58,272 bases of DNA from a virus. Taxonomy: Duplodnaviria; Caudoviricetes. Position numbers and translations under genes: made by a program. Shown here one piece after another: positions 46,743-55,400 of the stretch. Location: positions 1 through 58,272 of IMG/VR virus record IMGVR_UViG_3300029448_000039, one strand, 5' to 3'. The notes beneath the pieces were generated by a model that was not told where the DNA came from, searched no databases, and saw only the letters and a list, made by a program, of their open reading frames with translations. Numbering within the stretch: position 1 is the first letter of the stretch; every line of letters begins with the position of its first letter.

Positions 46743-48704
46743 GTGAGACTTAATATGCCAATGGAAGATTTTAGAAAACTTATAAATTCTAACAAAGATA
46801 TGAGAAATATGAACGATGGTGGCATGATGAGACCAATGCAACCTATGGCTGAAGCATTAGCAGAGAAAGGTCGCTTTGGTGATACTATGCTTGTTCATAT
46901 GAATCCAGCAGAAGTGCAAGGATTAGCATCGCTAGTTCCTAATGGGCAATTAACTATAAATCCAGATACAGGTCAACCTGAAGCATTTTTACCATTATTA
47001 TTAGGTTTATTAGGTTCTGGTTTAGGTGCAGCAGGAGTGGGTAATGCATTACTTTTAGGTTCATTAGGCTCAGGTATAGGAACTGCTATTGAATCAGGAA
47101 GCCTTAAAAAAGGCATACAAGCAGGATTGTTGAGTGGTTTAATGGGTGGTCTAGCTGGAAAAATGTTTACAGGTGCTAAAGCTGCAACAGATGTTGCAAC
47201 ACAAGCTGGAACAAAAGCTGTAACAGATGCTGCAACACAAAGTGTTACTGAATCAATAGCAAATCAAGCTCTTAGTTCAGCTACAGCAGGTACTACAGAA
47301 GCTGCAAAACAAGGAATTATGGGTAGCATAGGTCAAGCAGGTCAAGCACTTATGGATCCTTCAAATTTACTTGGTGCACAAGGAACACTTGCTACTGGTT
47401 TAACTCCCGGTTTAGTTGGAGAAGCACAATCGTTTCCAGAGTATGACTTTAGCCAAGTAAACGAACAAAACAAAGAAGATCCTTACCGAAGAGCAGTATT
47501 AAGAGATAGAGGATTTACACCTGCTCCTGAAGGTTATCGTCCGGGTATTGATCCAGAGCATAACTATTTTCAGAATCCATTTGCATTTGATTTATTAACA
47601 CCAGAACAATCAGAAATGTATCCTTACCCTATGGATCCAATTAGAACAATGGCAGGAGGAGGCTCATTAAAAGAAATTCCTGAAGGTAATAAAGGATTAG
47701 CAAAATTACCAACAGATGTTAGAAATGAAATAGGCTTTATGGCAGATGGTGGTTTAGTTGATGATGAGAAAAAGCCTAAAGGTTATTTTATGGGTGGTCA
47801 GTTTAGTTCTACACCTTTTGGAATAAGAGGCATGACAAACGCACCGATGAATTCATATTCATTTTCACAACCTTCTTATCAACCAATGAATCCTTTTAAT
47901 CAACCACAATATATGTATGGTGGATTAAATCAAAGACCTATGGGAGCTTCAAGAGGCGGTAAAAATAGAATGCAAATGCAACCTGTTCCACCTCCTCCTA
48001 GACCTAGTAGACCATCTAAAGGTGCTAGTAATTTTAATTTCACACCTACACACTTACTACCACAACCTGCTCCAGAAGGAACAATGTATGATCGTGGTGA
48101 TCCATTTGAAAGAGATATGTATGAAACAGCACCTGATCAATTCCAACGTGAGGTGTATACTCCTCCAGAAGATATATCAGCAAATCCAGATTTAGCTATA
48201 CCAACTAGAAATTTATTTGAACCTGCTTCTGCTCAACAAAATGTTGTAGATAATCCTTTTGAAAGAGTTCCTTTAACAAGAGGTACACCACAAGAAAACT
48301 TTGCTAATTTTTTTAAAAGAGCTTCTTTAGGACAGCTTAGACAAGCACCTAATCCTAGTCCATTTTCTTCAGGATTTGGTGGTATGAGAAGAAGAATAGG
48401 AAGAAGAAGAGCAGAGGGAGGTCGTTTAAACATGCCATTTGAAGGTTTACTTCAAGGAGAGGGTGGTGGTATGGATGATATAATACCAGCAGTTATTGAT
48501 GGCAAAGAGCCAATTTTGGTATCTAGAAATGAATATGTAGTTCCTGCTGATGTAGTTTCTTCTTTAGGAGATGGTAGCACTAATGAAGGTGCTGACATGT
48601 TAGATTCATTAGTAGCTAATACTAGAATAGAAAAAAATGGCAGTCCAATACAGCCTAAGCCTTTACAAAGTAGTATGCTAGATCTTATGGATAGGAGAGT
48701 TTAG
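46743..48704 (+). CDS. Internal virion/ejection protein
   Basis: GRFGDTMLVHM, TINPDTGQPEAF, Gly/Ala hydrophobic segment, G.GGGMDD.IPA, EYVVPADVVS.LGDG. Confidence 0.75.
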   Translation: MRLNMPMEDFRKLINSNKDMRNMNDGGMMRPMQPMAEALAEKGRFGDTMLVHMNPAEVQGLASLVPNGQLTINPDTGQPEAFLPLLLGLLGSGLGAAGVGNALLLGSLGSGIGTAIESGSLKKGIQAGLLSGLMGGLAGKMFTGAKAATDVATQAGTKAVTDAATQSVTESIANQALSSATAGTTEAAKQGIMGSIGQAGQALMDPSNLLGAQGTLATGLTPGLVGEAQSFPEYDFSQVNEQNKEDPYRRAVLRDRGFTPAPEGYRPGIDPEHNYFQNPFAFDLLTPEQSEMYPYPMDPIRTMAGGGSLKEIPEGNKGLAKLPTDVRNEIGFMADGGLVDDEKKPKGYFMGGQFSSTPFGIRGMTNAPMNSYSFSQPSYQPMNPFNQPQYMYGGLNQRPMGASRGGKNRMQMQPVPPPPRPSRPSKGASNFNFTPTHLLPQPAPEGTMYDRGDPFERDMYETAPDQFQREVYTPPEDISANPDLAIPTRNLFEPASAQQNVVDNPFERVPLTRGTPQENFANFFKRASLGQLRQAPNPSPFSSGFGGMRRRIGRRRAEGGRLNMPFEGLLQGEGGGMDDIIPAVIDGKEPILVSRNEYVVPADVVSSLGDGSTNEGADMLDSLVANTRIEKNGSPIQPKPLQSSMLDLMDRRV

Positions 48705-49171
48705 TGCTAGTTTCTTCAATGGTTCCAAATAATTTTGTTGGTCCTATATGGTCACAAGTAGAGCCATTGTTAAGTAAATTAATAGATAGAAGTCATGAAA
48801 GATTTCAATCAATAGATATATTACATGATTTATTAATTAACAAACAACAATTATGGATTGTTTGGGATACTGAACAAGACTATAAAATAGTTGCAATGTT
48901 AACGACTGAGGTATTTAGATATCCTCGTAAAAATTATTTAGTTGCTCAAAACTGTGCAGGAACACGCATGAAAGAATGGTTTGATGATATTTACGAGAAC
49001 ATTACAAAATATGCAAAATCAATAAATTGTGATGGTGTTGAAGTAATAGGAAGAAAAGGTTGGATTAGTAATTTTAAAAAGAAAGACTGGAAAGAAGAAT
49101 TTGTTATAATGTCAAAAGAGTTTAAACAAAATAAGGTTAATAAAACAAACCTTAAAGTAGTAAATAATTAA
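48704..49171 (+). CDS. GNAT-like protein of the ejection module
   Basis: QLWIV, YPRK, CAG..MKEW, CDGVEVIGRKGW. Confidence 0.6.
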   Translation: MLVSSMVPNNFVGPIWSQVEPLLSKLIDRSHERFQSIDILHDLLINKQQLWIVWDTEQDYKIVAMLTTEVFRYPRKNYLVAQNCAGTRMKEWFDDIYENITKYAKSINCDGVEVIGRKGWISNFKKKDWKEEFVIMSKEFKQNKVNKTNLKVVNN

Positions 49172-49182
49172 GGAGATAAAGC

Positions 49183-50376
49183 ATGGGTGGTCGTAGTAGC
49201 GCACCTCAGGGTACACAACAAGTATCATCTACTGTTACTCAAAACAGATTAGATCCATACGCTAAACCTTATTATATGAATATGATGAGAAGTGCAGAAG
49301 CACTTCTTGGTGAGGGTTATACTCCATATCAAGGTCAAAGAATAGCAGAGTTTACACCTGATCAATTAGGTGCTTATCAAGGTATTAGAGCAGTAGCAGG
49401 TAGACAAATGCCCGGTTTAGGTCAAGCTAGAGATACAGCTATGGGTTTAGCTCAAGGTGTAAATGTACCTCAAGTCACTTCTGCATATCAAGGAAGAGAA
49501 GTAGCACCTACTTATCAAGGAAGAGAGGTATCACCTGTTTATCAAGGCAATCAATTTCAAGAAGAACGCATTTTAGATAGAATGCAGGATTATCAAAATC
49601 CATATACAGAAAATGTATTGGATAGATTGCAACAAAGAGCAATAGATAGATTTGATGAACAACAATCAAGAAGAGGCTTACAACAAGCACAAAGAGGTGC
49701 TTTTGGTGGTAGTAGAGCTGCGTTACAAGATATGCAAGCAGAAAGAGATCTAGAAGATAGATTAGGTGATATAGAAGCACAACAGTTACAAAAAGGATTT
49801 ACACAAGCTTCAGGACTAGCAGCTAGAGATATAGATCAAGCTATGAAAGCAAGACAGCTAGGAGATCTTTCACAAAGGGCTGCTGGACAACAATTTTTAG
49901 CATCACAACAATTATCTGATCAAGCACAAAGAGCAGCTGGTACACAGTTCTTAACATCACAACAACTTTCTGACCAAGCTATGAGAGCAGCTGGTACACA
50001 AGGCTTACAAGCTGATATGGCTAATCAGAGAGGATTTTTTGGAGGATTGGATGCACAAATGAGAGCAGCTGGTATGTTACCGGGAATCGAATCTAGAGAA
50101 CAACAGTTAGATTTAGCTCGTTTAAACGCTTTAAGAGGTATTGGTGTAGATCAACAAACTATGCAACAGTCATTTTTAGATCAAGCTTATCAAGACTTTG
50201 TAAATCAAAGAGATGCACCAAGACAGTCACTTTCATTCTACAACTCACTGTTACAAGGATTGTCGAATGCTCCTGTATCTTCTAATGTTATGCAATTTCA
50301 GCCTAGACCTAATCCATATGCACAAGCATTAAACATGGGATTGGGTGCGTTTAATATGTATCAAGGTATGGGTTAA
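49183..50376 (+). CDS. Internal virion/ejection protein
   Basis: Gln-rich; YQNPY, GAFGGSR; internal 9-aa and 18-aa repeats. Confidence 0.75.
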   Translation: MGGRSSAPQGTQQVSSTVTQNRLDPYAKPYYMNMMRSAEALLGEGYTPYQGQRIAEFTPDQLGAYQGIRAVAGRQMPGLGQARDTAMGLAQGVNVPQVTSAYQGREVAPTYQGREVSPVYQGNQFQEERILDRMQDYQNPYTENVLDRLQQRAIDRFDEQQSRRGLQQAQRGAFGGSRAALQDMQAERDLEDRLGDIEAQQLQKGFTQASGLAARDIDQAMKARQLGDLSQRAAGQQFLASQQLSDQAQRAAGTQFLTSQQLSDQAMRAAGTQGLQADMANQRGFFGGLDAQMRAAGMLPGIESREQQLDLARLNALRGIGVDQQTMQQSFLDQAYQDFVNQRDAPRQSLSFYNSLLQGLSNAPVSSNVMQFQPRPNPYAQALNMGLGAFNMYQGMG

Positions 50377-52496
50377 TGGCTATTGAAAATCTAATAAAAA
50401 TGGCAGAACAAGTGTCTCGTCTAGGAGATCAGGATTTAGCTATGCTAACTAAAGAAGAAGGCATACAGTCAGTGTTAGCTGCTACCGAGATGAAAGATAG
50501 GGAAAGAGTTCGTAGTGAAGTACCTGTCATGAATATGAATCAACCTACTGTTATAGATAACTTAATAAACAGAACATTAGGTATGAATAGACAAGTCGAT
50601 CCTACAGCAATGCCTATGCCAAGTCCTGATATGATGGGCAATATGCCTATGGAAGCTCCTAATATGCCTCCTATGCAACAAACTATGCCAAATGGTGTAG
50701 ATCCTAGAATGTTGGCACAACAGCCTCCTATGGCTCGTATGGGCGGTTTATTGAGAAGATTTGCTCCCGGTGGTCTTTTTAATGAAGAATATGTAAAAGC
50801 TGTAGGCGAAGATTCAGACATTTCTATGGCAAAATATAATCAAATAATAAGTCCAAGATTCCAAGATAAACAACTTGGTTTGTACGATAGTGATACATCT
50901 CGTCAACTTAGACTAGCAGAAAATGAGCTTACTGATTTTAATATAACAAATTCTATCTTAAATAATCCTGCAAAAGAAACTTTTGAAAATAGACAAGCAT
51001 TAGAAACAAAAATTTCAAGTTTAGATGATAAATTGAAAGATGAAACTAAAGCTGTATCTGAACTACAAAGTTTGAGAGATCAAGGATTTTTTATAAGTAA
51101 TCCACAATATTTTGATCTTAAAAACGAAGCAGGAGGTGATCCTTCTAAATTACTTGAACTAATTAGATTAGCTGAAACTGATAAGAAAATAGATAAAGAT
51201 TCAGAGATTGACGAAAATACACGAGCTAGTACAGATGGTGATGGTGTAAGTGATATTTTACCAAATCAAGTTAATCAAAGTTCAGATGATCAAGGTTCAG
51301 ATGATCAAGGTTCAGATGATCAAGATAATACTCAAACTACAGGAGGTCAAGTAACTATTGATAAAAATCGTTATGGAGATCAAACAAGAGATGTTGACAA
51401 TTCAATAGAAAATGAAATGCGAAATAAGATTGTTGGTGCTCTAGGGGAAAACTTAGGAACTACTTTGTCTGGATATACTAATGATGTTACGAGAAAGTCT
51501 GCTCTAACTAAGTCAATAGAAGAAAAAGATAAAGTAGATATGGAGCTTCTTGGAACATATCAAAAAAATATGGATGCTGCAGAAAAAGCTTTGAATGATA
51601 TAAGTGAAACAGATTTCCCAAGTAGAAAAGAAATAATTGATAGAAACAAACAACAAGTTAAGTTAGGTATTGCATCAGCATTCTTTAATGCTGCCGCTAC
51701 TGGTAAGCCTTCATTTATGGAATCTATGGGACAAGCATTTGGTGATGCTTCTGCTGTTATGGCAAAAGGCACAGCTAAAGAGCAAAAAGATTTAATGCAA
51801 CTTGCAATAGCTGATTACAATAGAGCATCTAAGAAATTTGATATAGCTCAAGGCAGAAGAGATAAATTATCATCAGAAATAAACACTAGATTAACAAATA
51901 GAGCTACGCTAGAACAAAGTAATCGTGATTTTAGATTTGAATTAGAAAAAGAAGAAACTCGCAAACTAGAAAAAATAACTGAGTTAATGGGTAATAATAT
52001 TCAAGAAGCAGAAGCAAGACGACAATTTACCGAAGATATGTCATTTAAAGTAGATGCTCAGTTTGTTAAGAATGTAGAAGAGTTAAGGTCAGATGAATTT
52101 GCAAAAGTAAATATGCCTAAGAAAGAAATAGAAGGTGTAGCTGCTATTCAATTAGGAGACACAGGAGTTAAATATTCTGCTAGAGCACAAAGTGTAATCA
52201 ATGATGGTATTCAAAGATTCCAAAGAGAAATAGATGCAAATATTAAAAAATTAAGTGGTCTTGTAGAAAACGCTTCTTTATCAGAAGAACAAATACTTGA
52301 AAAAGCAAAAGAGGCTTATTCAGATAAATTAAGAGACAATGAAGAGCATGGAAGTCTTGATATATATGAAACTTACTATCCATTAATAGAATCATATGTA
52401 GAGAAAAAAGCAACTGAGCCTCAAAATAGAGAAGCAAATATAGCATTTATGCAAGATAAATACCCGTGGATGTCTCCTAGTATATATGGCGAATAA
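50376..52496 (+). CDS. Internal virion/ejection protein
   Basis: 706 aa; Met/Pro-rich N-terminus, coiled coils. Confidence 0.7.
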   Translation: MAIENLIKMAEQVSRLGDQDLAMLTKEEGIQSVLAATEMKDRERVRSEVPVMNMNQPTVIDNLINRTLGMNRQVDPTAMPMPSPDMMGNMPMEAPNMPPMQQTMPNGVDPRMLAQQPPMARMGGLLRRFAPGGLFNEEYVKAVGEDSDISMAKYNQIISPRFQDKQLGLYDSDTSRQLRLAENELTDFNITNSILNNPAKETFENRQALETKISSLDDKLKDETKAVSELQSLRDQGFFISNPQYFDLKNEAGGDPSKLLELIRLAETDKKIDKDSEIDENTRASTDGDGVSDILPNQVNQSSDDQGSDDQGSDDQDNTQTTGGQVTIDKNRYGDQTRDVDNSIENEMRNKIVGALGENLGTTLSGYTNDVTRKSALTKSIEEKDKVDMELLGTYQKNMDAAEKALNDISETDFPSRKEIIDRNKQQVKLGIASAFFNAAATGKPSFMESMGQAFGDASAVMAKGTAKEQKDLMQLAIADYNRASKKFDIAQGRRDKLSSEINTRLTNRATLEQSNRDFRFELEKEETRKLEKITELMGNNIQEAEARRQFTEDMSFKVDAQFVKNVEELRSDEFAKVNMPKKEIEGVAAIQLGDTGVKYSARAQSVINDGIQRFQREIDANIKKLSGLVENASLSEEQILEKAKEAYSDKLRDNEEHGSLDIYETYYPLIESYVEKKATEPQNREANIAFMQDKYPWMSPSIYGE
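51276..51324 (+). repeat. 15-bp coding tandem repeat x3 (QGSDD)
   Basis: CAA(A/G)GTTCAGATGAT three times. Confidence 0.85.
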
Positions 52497-52498
52497 CA

Positions 52499-55400
52499 AT
52501 GGCTACTTCAGAAGAGGAACTTAGAAAAGCCTTATTAGCAAGAAGATTTTCTAAAGAAACGAAATCTAGTGGCAGAGTAAATCCTTTTATTCAAACTTTA
52601 GAGTCAGCTAAGTTTGGTATAAAACCTCCTGAACCTGTATTACAAGAACCAGTTGAGCCACAACCAAGAGAAGATATTTCTGGATTTTCTTTAAATGAAC
52701 TAATAGAAAGAAGGGCAAAAAGAAATCCTAACTATATTGATGCTTTAGATAATGAATATATAGGGCAAGATGTAGTAATAGAAGAAGAGAAAACACCAGA
52801 CAGTGACAATCCATTTGTAACTGCAATTCGTGGTATTAGTAGAGGTGGTGCACAAACAGCACTAACAGCAGGTCAAGGTATATTAGCTTTAGCTGATGCA
52901 GTAACAGATGCTGTAGGCTTTGAAGAGCTTATAGATAGCGAAGATGGTGAAATGATAAGGCTTCTAAATGAAGCTAGAGAATATGTAGGCTATGAAGAAG
53001 GAGCAGGTGGTAAATTAGCTGAAGCTATTGGCTCTATGTTGATATTTGCAGTACCGGGTATGGCTCAAGCAGGTTTTTCAGCAAGAGCAGCAACTGCTGC
53101 TATGAAAGGTCAGCAGGGTTTACAGATAGCACAGCAAGCAAATAGATATGCAAAAGGTATGCAAGCCTTAAAATTTACTACAGCAGGTGGTGTAGGTGCA
53201 GGTACATCAGATCAAATGATGAAAGCCTACAAAGAAGCAGGCGGTGAATACACAACAGGTCAAAAGAATTTAGCACTAGCAATGGGTGTTGGTATTGGTT
53301 TTACAGAACTATTACCAATAGAAATGATATTGAAAGGTTTACCTAGAGCTTTAGATAGGAATGTTAAAAACTCAATAGTAAAAAGAATAGCAAATGCTGT
53401 TGCTGATGGAGGTATGGAGGGTGTGCAAGAAGTAGGTGCATCATTAGCTCAAGAGTATTCAGCACAGATGATTTACAATCCTGATCAAGAAATAGGCGAA
53501 AGTATGCTATCTGACTTTGGTTATGGTGGTGGTGCAGGTGCTATATTCAGTTTATTCTTGCGTGGCAAAGGTAGAAAGATTGGAAGAACACAAGCAGATC
53601 AACAAGCATTAGCTGATGATTATGAACAAACTCAACCATCTCCAGCATTCACAGATAAAGAGTTACCTGTAGATAAGAAAATTGCAATATATGATACTAA
53701 TGGCAAAGAAATAGAAGGTAAGGTTATTAGTGTTAATCCTGATGATAATACTTCAACGATTGAAATAGAAGATGGTGACATAAAAAGAAAAATAAATGTT
53801 CCATTGAGAGCAGAAATAAATAATGAAGGATACTCTTTATTTTCTGATGAAGAGTTATTTAATCCTAAAAACTCACTAGACATTGCCGACAAAGATGGAA
53901 ATGTTATCAATTACCCTGTTGGTAATCCTGAAAAAACAACAAATGAAATTTTAGAAAAAGAAGAAACTAGACTAAGTAAATTAGCTGCTCAGGTAAAAAT
54001 ATCTGAACAAGATGTATTTAAATTAAAAGTAATAAGAACAGAGCTTGCTAGAAGAGAAGCATTAACAAGCGATACATTGATTGATCCTGAACAAATAGAT
54101 GTTGAAAAAAGTCAACAGGATTCTCTTGAAGAAGAAGCACAAACAGGTAGCTCTAAGTTTATTAGAGATGTAGATGATTTAACTAGACGAACTACTCAAG
54201 AAGCAGAGGCTGAAGCAGAAGCAAGAGCTAGACAAGAAGGTATAGATGTAGAAACAGATCAATTTGTACCTGTTCCTAATAAGTTTAGTAATACTACATT
54301 TGATTTACCTGATCCTGATAGCAGTATTGCATATAATTTAGGCAGAAGAGGTAAAGATCCTAGCGAAGAATCAATAGAAAGAACTGCTATAGATTTAGAT
54401 TTAAGTGTAAATGAACTAAGAACTTTGTCAAAAAGCTATGCTAGTGATGTTCAAGCAGAAATAAAAAAACAGAAAAAAGGTGCACCTAGATATACAGCTA
54501 CATCGTTTAAACAGTATGCCGAACAAAATAAACCTTATGATATTCGTGATAAGCAGATAGCTAGACAAAGAAAAGAATTAAAAATAGCTAATCCAAGATT
54601 TAGACAATTAATTAATCAAGTTACTGATTTAACAGGTGTAAATGTAGAAGATTTAAATTCATTACAAAGAGCAGAGCTTGTAGATTTAATGTCTAAAGAA
54701 AAACAAGCACAAGATGCTATAAAAAATCAAGAACAAGTAAAACTAGAAACTTCTTTAAATGATGATGGTAACTTAGAAATAAAAGTCAAAAGTAGAGCAG
54801 ATACTAAAAAAGCCGAGCCATTAGAAACAATAGTTATTGAATCAAGTGAAGATGGTATAAATAGATTACTTGAAATGGGGCAAAAATATAATCTTTCAGA
54901 AAATGATACTGATAATGTATTACAGTCTGCAACAGCGTTAGATCAAAACATTAAAGCATCTCAATTAACTAATGATTACTTTAGAGCATTAGATTTAGCT
55001 ACTAAGAATAAAACTGTGACTGTAAAAGGTTTACAAAAGAAATTGTATGGTACTGATATTGATAATCTTGAGGATTTTAGAAAGACACAAGAAATACTTT
55101 TAGCTATGCAAGAACAAGGATATGTATCAGAACCTACTGCAAATAAACCTACATCTAAAAGACAAGTATTACAAAAGTTTACTGCTATAGATACAGCAGG
55201 AGAAATATTAGTACAAGATGTAGATCAAGAAGGTAATAGAATTTTAGATATAACTCAAGAACAAGAAGAAGTAGCTAACAAAGTTAAAAATATTATTGAA
55301 GGTGTAGCTCCGGGAAGTCAATTAAAGCTAGCACATGTAATAAGAGATAGAGTTACTGGTAATAAATTATTAGGTGCACAATTTAAAAATATTATTGCAG

